Shown: piece by piece, positions 13,449-25,243 of the stretch
Layout: each line of letters opens with the position of its first letter
How positions within the stretch are numbered: the first letter of the stretch is position 1
DNA from: Lytechinus pictus
Lineage: Eukaryota
Direction: 5' to 3'
Assembly (NCBI RefSeq): GCF_037042905.1
Contig: NC_087252.1
Span: forward strand, 12,588,001 to 12,652,000
Length of the DNA stretch: 64,000 nucleotides
Notes under the pieces: generated by a model
Database searches by the model: none
What the model saw: only the letters and a program-made list of their open reading frames with translations
Told to the model about the DNA's origin: nothing
Position numbers and translations under genes: made by a program

Positions 13449-16400
13449 TTAAACCGTAGGATGGCCAATGAAGAATTATGAATTATTCATGAGCGATTCG
13501 TTCGCAATCTGCTTATCTCAATACACTAGTCTGTAATAGAAGCCGTGTTTATTGTGAGCGTTTAAATGCTGCTTATGTTATGACAGTTCTTTCGTCTTGA
13601 ATTATTTTCTTTCCTCATCTTGATAAAAAATATTTTACTAATTGATCCAAGATTAAATCTAGTTCTACTACGAAATATTTCGCCGCACAAAATATGAATT
13701 AATATTTTTAAGGACTAGAAAGCAAAGACTATGGATAAATCGATGTTACACAGGCCCAGGGGTGCAAGTGTACAGTAGATCGCTCTACAGAATTAAAGTA
13801 ACGGTATGACTAGTAATAATCCTGTTAGAAGAAAATGTATTTGTTTGCTGTTTTAAGGGACAATGCTATTTTGAAATGATAATTAGGACCTACATGTAGT
13901 TCTGATGTCACTGGCGCATTTTCAAAGGGTATAGATATATAAAAGAACTTGCCTTTCTCATAAATCTATTTTCTTTCGTGGCCCACTACTTTGGAATTTT
14001 TTGCCCGTTAATTTGAAAACATCCTGTTCATTTAATATTTTCAAACGTAACTTCAAAAACTTTATATTTGATAATTAAACCCGTTTGTGAATATTTTGTA
14101 TATATATAATCTAAATCTTACCATTTGTGTATCTATGCCTTTGTATTGTCTTCTAATTTTTATTTTTTTTATTTTCATTTTTTACTATTGATATTGTCAA
14201 TAATTATTATTCTTTTAAAGTAAGTTGGGTCGGCCTTTTTATAAGGATATTTCTTTTCCTTTTTGGCTGCTTCCCTCTCAATGCTTTTTTTTATGTCTTT
14301 GATGTTATGTAAACTTTGTTCTTATGTATTTTACCACATTTGTGTTTATTTTTATGCAGAGAGCAAAATAAACTTGAATTGAATTGAATTGAAAAAAGAA
14401 AATGAATATACCTGTATGTTTGTTATATGTATTGCTTGAAACTGTAACTGCGCTATCTTTTTTATAACTTTATGGGACAGGGAAAGTTTATGTCATTATG
14501 TATGTTTCATTTAATTGCATCACATTAATCTGGTTGATGAAGAAATTATTTTAACTTTGTATACCGTTATTAAGTCTTTAGTGCAATTTCAAAACAGAAC
14601 ATCATCTGCAGTTTAGAATGTTGACCAATTTCGCAAGAATATCAATTACTTTTCACAACCACAGCAATATTTAATAGCGGCTGGTATACAGTACTATCAT
14701 GTTTTCGACCAACCCTCTTAACCTAATATCAATGTGTTCACAAAGCTAAATAAAATGCAAAAAAAAAAAACAGTGAGAGGGTGATGTAATTGTGATGTAA
14801 TTGGTCCCCTAGTTTGCTTACCGACTAGGATGTGCTTATGTTTTGTGGAATTAAGCGGAACTTTAGCATGTCATCAATCTCATATTTACGTCCAACTTCG
14901 ATGAAATTTTCTGTGTTATGCTTCTTTGATTTGTCTTTTTCTAATCAAATAACATTTTTTGTTGGGATGGTCTTGCCATTTAACAGAGATGGATAATAGA
15001 AAAAGAGGGGGGGGGGGTGTGAAGAGCGAAGGGGCGAAGTGTCGGTGTGATGTTAACGGTATCCAGTGATACATGACATATGATAAATGCATTGACAGAA
15101 TATCAATATTCAAACCATTATATGTAATTATGATTAATTTGAAAGAAAGTTTGAAGAATTAGACGTGTACTTTGAGAGAGAGAAAGGGGGGACAGAGATA
15201 GAAGGGGTGGATGTGATGTTATATATGTGGTCAGTAATGCATGGTAGATGATAAATACATGAATGGATAGTGTTAAGTTTCAAAATCATGAACAGAATAT
15301 CAATATTAATTTGATTAAATTGCAGTTAGATCTGAGGAAAATCAACAATGCACGTGTTGTGCTTATTATATTAGCCAAGAAAAATTACACACAATCAAAA
15401 CAATTTAAATGTCATTTTCTTTAGGCAGTGTCCTACATTAGAGAATGAAAATTATCTGGACACAGAGCAATTAATAGAATAAACTTTTCCCATAAAAAAA
15501 TACGTTTTCAGTATAGGCATAAAATGCAAATGAAAACGAAATTATATGAAAGATGAGAGACTCAGAAAGCGAGAGAGAGAGAGAGAGAGAGAGTGGAGAG
15601 AAAACTTGCCCAGTACAACCACCCTGTCTGTGGCGAGTCTATACAACATATACACACTCAATAAATCGTTAAAATATAACTTTTGTTTAAAAAAAAACCA
15701 CTAATAAAGTTGAATTCATTTAAATTTTATTTTCATTCTAGACTCCCGGTCTAGACATACTAGGGATCATGTTTTATTCACCAGAACGCTCAAAAACTTT
15801 TGAGCATATTTGACATTATGATGAATACTGTAATAAAAACTAATAAAAACTGTCAGTGTAAACAAAAATCAAGCATTTATCCCGACGAACAAGAAAAATA
15901 AGCCAAGCATTGTCATGTCAACCTCATTTCACCACACATGGGTAAATGGGGAGAAGAGAGAGAGACCAGATAGATTCGAGTAATACCATTGTCGTCACGT
16001 TGTACATTTAGTCTATGAATACATACATATAATAAAGACACCTGAAGCTTCTAGATCCGAGTATTCCTCCGTCAAAAACACTAATTTACTTTAGAAACAA
16101 AAAGATAACTAATTTTCACAAGCTTATAAGGGTTTTCTATACCCTTGAATCAAATATAGTCCAGTCAATCTAGCCAGAATAGGGGGTAACCCACTATTAA
16201 TTGCAACACGAGATAGTCCACTGAAATGCTTTCCAGGAAGGTCCCCTAAACAACATAATGAAAGTCCCAAGAAATCCAATCAGTGGAAATTTATGAAATT
16301 TGCATATTATGCAAATTAGCCATGAAAAATTAAAAAAAGAAGGGAAATAATCCAAAGATTACAAATTAAATGTCCAAAACAACTTAATTTGAATGGGAAT

Positions 16401-16586
16401 TTATGATAAATAACTGAATTCAATGTTTTTAATCAAAAGTGCAAAAATGTCTGCCTCATTTGCATATTATGCAAATAAGCATCCTTATATGGAAAAATGT
16501 CAAGAAATTTTGATTTTTCTGATATAGACTGCTTGTAAACATTTCATTAATGTTGACATTAATATGCTGCTATATCGCTAAGCATG

Positions 16587-16782
16587 CACTCTTAAAAATG
16601 TTGGGCAACATACGGTCCACACAACAATTGGTTAAAACTTTATCCAATTCTGGGTAGTTTTACACCAATACTGTGTAGTTTTCACCCAAAGCACACATTA
16701 TTGGTGTAAAACTACCCAGAATTGGATAAAGTTTTAACCAATTGTTGTGTGGACCGTATGTTGCCCAACATTTTTAAGAGTG
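16587..16782. mobile_element. 196-bp hairpin MITE (CAC termini, 2-bp TSD; CMC/EnSpm-like)
   Basis: 84-bp perfect TIR beginning CACTCTTAAAAATG; TG TSD. Confidence 0.85.
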
Positions 16783-17886
16783 TGATAATTCATCCCAATG
16801 CCTGAAAAATAATTTGCATATTATGCAAATTAGCCATTTAAGAACATAGAAAATGAGGAAATTAATCAAAAGATTACAAATAAATGTCCACAGCAAGTAA
16901 TTTTGAACAAAAGTTCATGATGAATAATTAAGTTCAATGTTTTTGTTTAAAAAAGCTAGCAAATCTGCCTCATTTGAATATTATGCAAATAAGTGTCCTT
17001 ATATGGAAAATGTCAAGAAATTTGGATTTTTATCACATTGACTGTAGTGAAAAAAAATCAGTTTTGCAAATTAAGATGCTGCTATCACTAAGCATTCAAA
17101 TCCTAATTAAATATGATTTATGTTCAAGGAAAAATACTGGAAATATGTTCTTCGCTTCCTAAGCCGTGTTGTTAGTCTGACAAGATGATGGGATTGGCAA
17201 GAACATAGCACAGTATCTGAAATGGTGTGTAGTTTGTTAAAGTTGACAACCCTTTCTATATGGATGGGAACGAGTTAGACTTTCTTGAAATTTCACCGTA
17301 TAGACATGATAAAGGGAGGCCAGGAAAAGCAAACTTATGGCAGGTAGGATCTGATAAGTAGTCTCATTATTAGAAGTGTAGCAGAGGTTCCGTCTGGCCT
17401 AGTAGCTTCATGAAGGTTGTTTCTTTAACAATTTCTTATTTTTACACTTACTTACTTCTCTTAGTTTGTTTATTACTCCATCATACATACTTGCGTCTTT
17501 TGCACATTATCAGTTGTTCCCCATTCTTTCCCTTTTCCCCACTCTTATGCACCAGTTTATTATGCCTTTCTTTGTTACCTGTTTGACCCACCTCTCACTA
17601 ATTCTCTTGTTATTCATCTCTTCCTCATACCCTCTATCACTGTTTTGTTCCAGATCCTGTTTGATGTTGCCTGCCTCACATCTTAATCCCTCTTGGCTTG
17701 AGGTCTTTCTTTGGCCTTACACCAACTTCCCTTTGTGTCTGCCCACTCCTTTTCTTTCATCCCCTTCATTAACCTGATTGGTCATCTCTTCTCACTAATG
17801 CCCCTTTTGTCTCATTGTTTCTAGTGTTGCTGTTGAATGTCTGTGGTCTATATCATGGTTGTTCCACTTTATATGTTTGTCATTTT

Positions 17887-17925
17887 GCCTCCGACGAAGA
17901 TTCTGCTAGGATCGAAAGCTTAGGC
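17887..17925 (+). ncRNA. Minimal hammerhead motif with core mutation, at the end of a pyrimidine-rich tract (probable Penelope-like 3-prime end, ~17430-17950)
   Basis: GCCT-CCGACGA-A-GATTC/TGCTA/GGATC-GAAA-GC-TT-AGGC; stems intact, core CTGA reads CCGA. Confidence 0.6.
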
Positions 17926-18729
17926 CCCTTTTGACTCTCTAATTTCTTCAGTAGTCTGGTTACACCTGCTTGACCAAACAATACGTTATCTGGCCATATC
18001 TAAGTCAGTACTGGGTCCCAGGACTTGTAGATCAGCGTCATCATCATCATGATCAGTGATGAATACTACTGTAAGACTAAAAATCTTTGCCTTCCTTTAA
18101 TAATGCTATCCCAGTGTAGTCATAGCTTTTGATATAAAGGGCTCCCAACATGCTAATTGTTACAGCCTTGATCATTGTCTATCCGGTCAACAAATTATGT
18201 ATTATAGGCTTGTCTATAAACCCTCTTATGGTCCTCTCGAATGCATTGTCGCAACTCTGAGCTTTACCTTACTGATACTTTTGGAGCTCTAAAATGTGCA
18301 AGCCTTCCTAGCATTTTTCTAACTCTTTACATCTTCCGACACAACTTATGTCCATTGTCTCATTGAGGCAACTTATGTCGGAAGAAGACATGGGTAATGG
18401 TGTGTTCTTGTTAACGTCCTCTTGATTGGCATTCAGTCTCCTATACTCGAATTGTCAGATTTCAGTACAGAGAGATGTATGATTGTCCAAATTACATTTG
18501 CATGACACTATTAAAGTCAGCATTCCTCTAGAAGTACTTAGTCGTACCATAAAAGGTTTATTACTCTGGATAACCTCACAGTATACACATGAGTAACACA
18601 TCGTGGCAAATAAATCCTGGAAGTGGTACACACTGTCTAATCAATGTTGAATGGTATTTGATGGTGATGCTAAGGGTGTTCCATTATGTTGTATCCTCTT
18701 GTTGGAAAGGCAATAATCTAGCTTTGTCT

Positions 18730-20366
18730 CCCAGGACCAAAATCCAGTTAAAACCAATTAGGGCAAAACCAATTGAAACCAGTTGGCCAACTGATTTCAA
18801 TAGGGAAATTGGAACAACTGGTTCCAATTGAAAACCAGTTGCCAATTGGTTCCAGTTAAAACCAATTGGTTCCAATTGAAAACCAGTTGCCAATTGGTTC
18901 CAGTTAAAACCAATTGGGCAACTGGAACCAGTTGGCAATTTGTGGCAATTGGTTTCAGTTGTTCCAATTTCCCTATTAAAACCAGTTGAATCCAATTGGA
19001 GGCAACTGGTTTCAATTGGTTCCAGTTGAAACCAATTGGAGGCAAAAAACTGGTTTCAACTGGAACCAGTTGAAACCAATTGATTTCCAACTGGATCCAA
19101 TTGGAACTTCCAGTTGGAATGAACTTAATTAGTTACAAATTAATTAGCATTTGCACTAACTATTGCTCATGCCAACACAGAAGCAGTGTTATATGTCTAT
19201 TAATACCAATGTAAAGGGCATTGATAAAATACAGACTTTCATATGTATATATTTATATGGAAGATCTTCAGATATATGTATTTTTATTTGACGTAATTTG
19301 GTAACAGTTAGTGGTGTACTAATTATCCTTTAATCTGTTTTAATTATAATCTATAACATTTATGAACATGATTTTCACTGCAAAGTATTCTAAATACTTA
19401 TCTTTAAAAAGTGTGGTACTTGAAATTGAAAAGAGAAAAATAGATACATTGTTAATGATGATGAATCTCATAAAACATTAATCTGTGCACACTGGCAGAT
19501 AATATGCAAATTAACTGGTTTCAATTGGATCCAGTTGGGTAACTGGAAAATTTCCAATTGGAAACCAATTGGAAATCATTTCCAGTTACCCAACTTGTTC
19601 CAATTAGAATTCATTTCCAGTTACCCATCTTTCCAGTTAGAAGTCATCTCCAGTTACCCAATTGGTACCAGTTAGGATTTCCAGTTACACAACTACATGG
19701 TTCATGTTAAGATTTCCAGTTACCCAACTGGTTCCAGTTAGGATTTCCAGTTGCCCAACTGGTTCCAGTTGGGATTTCCAGTTACTCAACTGGTTCCAGT
19801 TAGAAATCATTTCCAATTGGAAGTCATTTCCAGTTACCCAACTGGTTCCAGTTAGGATTTCCAGTTGCCCAACTGGTTCCAGTTGGGATTTCCAGTTACT
19901 CAACTGGTTCCAGTTAGAAATCATTTCCAATTGGAAGTAATTTCCAGTTACCCAACTGGTTCCAGTTAGGATTTCCAGTTGCCCAACTGGTTCCAGTTGG
20001 GATTTCCAGTTACTCAACTGGTTCCAGTTAGAAATCATTTCCAATTGGAAGTCATTTCCAGTTACCCAACTGGTTCCAGTTAGGATTTCCAGTTGCCCAA
20101 CTGGTTCCAGTTAGGATTTCCAGTTGCCCAACTGGTTCCAGTTGGGATTTCCAGTTACTCAACTGGTTCCAGTTAGAAATCATTTTCAATTGGAAGTCAT
20201 TTCCAGTTACCCAACTGGTTCTAGTTAGGATTTCCAGTTGCCCAACTGGTTTCAATTGGTTTCAACTGGAAATTGTTAAATTCCATTTAAAACCAATTGA
20301 AACCAGTTAAAACCAATTGAAACCAGTTGGAAATCCAACTGGTTTCAATTGGATTTTGGTCCTGGG
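18730..20366. mobile_element. CMC/EnSpm-like non-autonomous element with CCAGTT subterminal repeats and a 114-bp tandem array
   Basis: TIR CCCAGGACCAAAATCCA; CT TSD; array ~19710-20250 (TAGAAATCATTTCC at 19801, 19915, 20029). Confidence 0.85.
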
Positions 20367-20739
20367 CTTCCATCTGGTTTGTTCATTGTCTCAATGAGGA
20401 ATTTCTGTTTACCATAAATATTAGGAAATTAATATTATTATTGCATACGACTTACTTAGAAACTATAACTTTAATATTTGGAGATGGTTGCCATAGAAGA
20501 TTTATCAAAGAGGAAAGAACAGAAAATGGATGCTTTATCAAGAAGCAGCAATTGGATTCAGCAAGAATGTCTAATCACGATTCCTGTATCTGAGAAAGAT
20601 GCCTATAATGCACTTTAAGCCTTCATCATGAATTTATGAATGGCTTTCATGTCGCTCGTATAGGCAAATGCCCATTGTTACTCTTCATGCCAAGAGATCT
20701 TGTGATGCAAGCAAGTACTCATATTCACCACCAAGACAA

Positions 20740-21500
20740 GTGATGATGATGATGCGTTCTTATAAAGCGCTGGTATCCACCTCAGTTGGGCGCTCATGTC
20801 GCTTGCTCAAAAATAGGAAATATCTCACAAATTTCAATGTCTTCATGGTCTTCAAACAGTGCTTAGGATCATCATTCAGTTCAAGTACTGTCCTAGTAAT
20901 GCTACAATTGAGTTATAATTGGGATAATGTTGGAGTGGGGAACAGAAAGGTCTTCAGGTAAGACTTAAAATTTGATTGGGTCTCTGCTCTCCTGATAAAT
21001 TGGGGGAAGGCTATTCCACAGCTTTGGCCCAGAGATGTAGAAAGCTCTGTCACCCCAGATTGTGTGGCTGAGAGATTCCCTCGGGAATGTTTGATCTGCT
21101 GATCTGTGACTGCGTGTTGGTCTTTGCTGAGATAAGAGCTCTGATAGGTAGGGTGGAGATTTATCGTTAAGTGCCTTAAATACAAGGACCCCAAGTTTAT
21201 AAGCTCAGTGGTGTGATACAAGGACCAAATATTCGAAGCTAACAGGCTTTTATTTGTACGGGTGTGACATCTTGTGCTGATCACTTGGCAATCAAGGAGC
21301 TTGCTAGTGTGGACTATACTCGCAAGAAACGCGAAGTCTTTACAAAGTCAAGAAGAGAGCAAGACTTGGATGGAAATAATGAAGCATTCAAGCAGTGGGA
21401 TCCATGTAGAATGGACTCATCATTGTACAATATGAGTGGGGTAAATGCTCGTGACAAAAGTCAATGCCAACCAAGCAAGAAGTGTAGGGAAGGTCATCAT
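20740..21500 (-). mobile_element. L2/CR1-group LINE 3-prime fragment
   Basis: ORF-end remnant NFKSYLKTFLF, followed on minus by GAGCGCC..AGCGCTTTATAAG and a (CAT)n tail. Confidence 0.7.
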
Positions 21501-22742
21501 AGCTAATACACATAATCTATATGGAATTTTCGAGGAAGGTATCACGTGTGTGTTTCCTTGAATATTTATAACATGTTAGATGCTTATTTGCATAATATGT
21601 AAATTACACTTCAGATATTAAGCTGATTATTAATGTATTTGCCATTCTTAGTAATCACATCATATTGATCTAAACTGAAATGTTTTCATAACTGTTTTTG
21701 TGAGAAAAGTCCAAATTTCTGGATTTTTTCCATACAAAGATGCTCATATATATGCAAACGAGGTAGATTTATGTACGATTTTTTATTTAAAAAAAATAAA
21801 TTTGTAAAACTTATCATGGGCTTTAGTTCAATTCGTATTGTTTTCTGCACTTAATTTTCAATATTTGGATTATTTTCCTTTATTATATTTGTAATTTATT
21901 ATGGCTAATTTGCATAAAATGCAAATTTTGTGATTTTCCTATATGCTTGTATATTTAAGTACTTAAATGGTGTTTAGGAAACCTTCCTGTAAGGTATTGC
22001 CATATTTCAATCTCAATAGATAATCTACTTGCAATTTTTGAGGCATGTATCACCAGTGTGTTTTCTTGAATATTCACATGTTAGATACTTTTATTTGCAT
22101 AATATGCAAATTACACTACAGACACTAAGCTGAATTACAAATGTATTCAACGTCCTTGGTGATAGCAGCATGTAAATTTCAATATCAATGACATTTTCAA
22201 GCAGTTAATACCTTTACATTTTTCCATAAAAGGTTGCTTATTTGCATATTATGCAAATGAGGTAGATATTTTTGCACTTTTTACAGAAAACATTGAATAA
22301 AGTTATTTATCATGAATTTTCGCTCAAATTAAATTGTTTTGGACTCTCAATTTGTAATCTTTGGGGTATTTTCTTTATTTTACTATCTTTTTATGGCTAA
22401 TTTACATAATATGCAAATTTCATAAATTTCCACTGCTTGAATATCTTGGGACTTTTAGTATGTTGTTTAGGGGACTTCCTTGAAAGAATTACAGTGGAAT
22501 ATCTCGTGTTGCAATTAGTGGTTGGTCAAACCCTATATTGAGTGGACTAATACTAATTAATCGCAAGAAGCGAATCACTCATGAATAATTCATTGGCCAT
22601 CCTACGGTTTAAAAAATCGCATGCGGGCAACGCAACAATTCCAAATAAGGAAAGGGTGACGTAAGTGACTTTTCAGAATAACAAAATGCTAATTGAGCTG
22701 TCAGAATACCGCCTCGGGTCTCGTTCGAATAAAGACACGATG

Positions 22743-22773
22743 GCGTTGAATGTCCATCTTTAATAGGTCCATG
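22743..22773. mobile_element. Orphan right TIR of the P/Galileo-like family seen at 36033-37167
   Basis: CGTTGAATGTCCATCTTTAATAGGTCCATG matches 37138-37167. Confidence 0.6.
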
Positions 22774-23181
22774 CATCATGTACTGTACATAACCCTTGGT
22801 GTGATAACTACACACCATTTGAAAGAGGTTTGGGACACATTCTATTTCCAACTACACAAGTGAAAAATTACTCTCTCCCTTCGTTCGCTTACATATCAAT
22901 ATTGATTGTAATTCAGTAGTTAATATCACAACATAACTATTAGATATAGCCCATCGAAAAAAAGATCGTGAGAGTTCTTTATTAACTAAAAGATGATAGT
23001 AATAGACGCCCGTACAGTACATAGCTCATTAATTTTGGGTTGTCCTCTAAATGTTTAATATCAAGGTCAATATATTGCTATCAGCAACCCCGCCCCCCCC
23101 CCTCGTTGCTCAGACTAGATTTACGCCACTGTGATTCAGCCCCCCCCCCACCGCCTCCCTGTCATTCCAGGACCAACTTAC

Positions 23182-23298
23182 CTGTCTTTGTCTGTGTTGT
23201 GGCCTTCCAAACGCTCTCCAAGTTGCGATTTCGCTGCGATCGACATCAAATCTAGGAGGATTTTTCTCTCTTCTGTTTTCAATCACCAGCTCATTAGC
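23182..23298 (-). CDS. Candidate internal exon (repeat-module copy B2), 39 aa ANELVIENRREKNPPRFDVDRSEIATWRAFGRPQHRQRQ
   Basis: tacAG acceptor, CAG|GTAAGT donor, 117 nt (multiple of 3), open in phase 0; paralog at 39354-39464. Confidence 0.55.
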
Positions 23299-23383
23299 CT
23301 GTACCAAGGGTTATTAATGTGATCCTAAATTATGACGATCGCCATGTTTCAAGGATTTATCACTTACTGAAATAACTTCAAAT

Positions 23384-23930
23384 GAAGAGCTCACTTGCAA
23401 AGGGGGTTAGGTCCATTTTTCATCAAATCTGATTTTTATGCCTTAATGTATAGATTTTTAGTAGCTCTATAAGATGATACCAAAGAAAAGTTAAAATTCC
23501 TATTAAAATTGAACTAAAATGACAAAGAAAAATCACTTTTTCAAAAGGGATTAGGTCCATTTCAGTTTAATTGCAAAAGGGGTTGGGTTTTTCGGGGAAA
23601 AGAATATCACATAAAATATGAAGACAGGTAGATTTATTTTATACCCAATATCATGTTATCATGGTAGGGTATCATAAAAATTTAGTTTCGCATAAAAATA
23701 TTGCGATATGGAAAAAAATATGTTCTTGGAGTGAACCTAACCCCTTTTGCAAAGAAACTCGTCTGAAGAGCTCATTTTGTCAAAAGGGGTTAGGTCTATT
23801 GTTCATAAATTTCATTGTTTTCTGTCTCAAAACCTCTAAATTTTTAGTTTCTCTGATGAAAACAGAGAAAAATTGAAATTTTCATGAAAACGTGAATAAA
23901 AGTGGCAAAGAAAAATAGCTTTTTTTTTGC
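23384..23930. repeat. TIR-type repeat with AAAGGGGTTAGG subrepeats inserted next to exon B2
   Basis: GAAGAGCTCACTTGCAAAGGGGGTTAGG with an inverted copy at ~23736-23764; absent at the paralogous site ~39550. Confidence 0.5.
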
Positions 23931-24297
23931 CTAGCCCTAGACGTAACTCAAGTTTCTATTTGGACAGGATGCCCTGGGCCTGGCCTGGGATGGTGTTCTG
24001 AAAATGTTCTTAGTGTTTACTTCATTCAAATGTGATGTGATTCTTTAGCATAGACCAGGTCCTGATTCAGCTATACAGCAGGAGCATGTGGTTGGAATCA
24101 TTTGACTTTAATAAACAGTCGGGTACCTGGTATGCCTTTCTGTGAAACTTTATAATAGAGACAGAATGAAGTTTTTGGACCAGATATTTTTTTTCTAGTT
24201 TGGAATATTCATAGGCCAAGGATATGGGCAGCTGGAAATTTTAAAAATATTGTTTAGAAGAGTAATTTTATTTATCTCCTCTAAAACTCTCAACTGT

Positions 24298-25243
24298 AAA
24301 CAAGATGAATGCCTCTGGCCGTCTCACCTGCATCACGCGATTCAATATAGCAGCATATAGCAGCACTATAACTCGCACAAGATGTTCAGTGATACTTGGT
24401 TACTCTTATTTCCACGTTTTATAAACTAGACCAATACACTTATAGAGATATGATGGTAATTCAACAAATACCCCCAACGTGGCCAAAGTTCATTGACCTT
24501 ACATGACCTTTGACCTTCATCATGTGACCTGAAACTCACACAGGATGTTCAGTGATACTTGATTACTCTTATGTCCAAGTTTCAAGAGTAAGATCCCACA
24601 ACTTTCCAAGTTATAATGGTAATTAAACAGATACCCCCATTATGGGCAAAGTTCATTGACCTTTGACCTTGGTCATGTGACCTAAAATGCGCACAGAATG
24701 TTCAGTGATACTTGATTACTCTTATGTCCAAGTTTCATGAACTAGACCAACACACTTTCAAAGTTATGGCGGTAATTCAACAAATACCCCAATTTGACCA
24801 AAGTTCATTGACCCTAAATGACCTTTGACCTTAATCATGTGACCTGAAACTCGCACAGGATGTTCAGTGATACTTGATTAACCTTATGTATAAGTTTTAT
24901 GAACTAGGTCCATATATTTTCTAAGTTATGATGACATTTCAAAAACTTGACCTTAGGTTAAGATTTTGATGTTGATTCCCCCAACATGGTCTAAGTTCAT
25001 TGACCCTAAATGACCATTGACCATGGTCATGTGACATGAAACTTAGGCAGGATGTTCAGTAATACTTGATTAACCTTATGGCCAAGTTTCATGAACTAGG
25101 ACCATATACTTTCTAAGTTATGCTGTCATTTCAAAAACTTAACCTCAGGTTAAGATTTGGTGTTGACGCCGCCGCCGCCGTCACCGCCGCCGTCGGAAAA
25201 GCGGCGCCTATAGTCTCACTCTGCTTTGCAGGTGAGACAAAAA
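24298..25243 (-). mobile_element. Helentron/DINE-1-like non-autonomous element with internal tandem repeats
   Basis: Subterminal IR GTCTCACCTGC (24321) / GCAGGTGAGAC (25228) with an adjacent partial IR hairpin, GCC microsatellite, internal GACCTT..GTGACCTGAAACTC tandem units, A/T-tract flanks, no TSD. Confidence 0.75.

Larger units (their letters stand above)
16157..22549. mobile_element. Academ-like non-autonomous element with long TIRs
   Basis: TAGTCCAGTCAATCTAG vs TAGTCCACTCAATATAG termini; ATA TSD (16154-56, 22550-52); imperfect inverted arms of roughly 0.4-1 kb (16157-~17150 vs ~21530-22549). Confidence 0.7.
13453..22608. mobile_element. TIR element of unassigned superfamily, hosting the Academ-like element
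   Basis: ACCGTAGGATGGCCAATGAA..TTATTCATGAG inverted at both ends; TTAA on both flanks. Confidence 0.65.

Noticed and set aside
18684..20255. Repetitive NWNQL/LEPVGQL ORFs
   Set aside because: Both strands of a transposon subterminal tandem array; not a repeat protein
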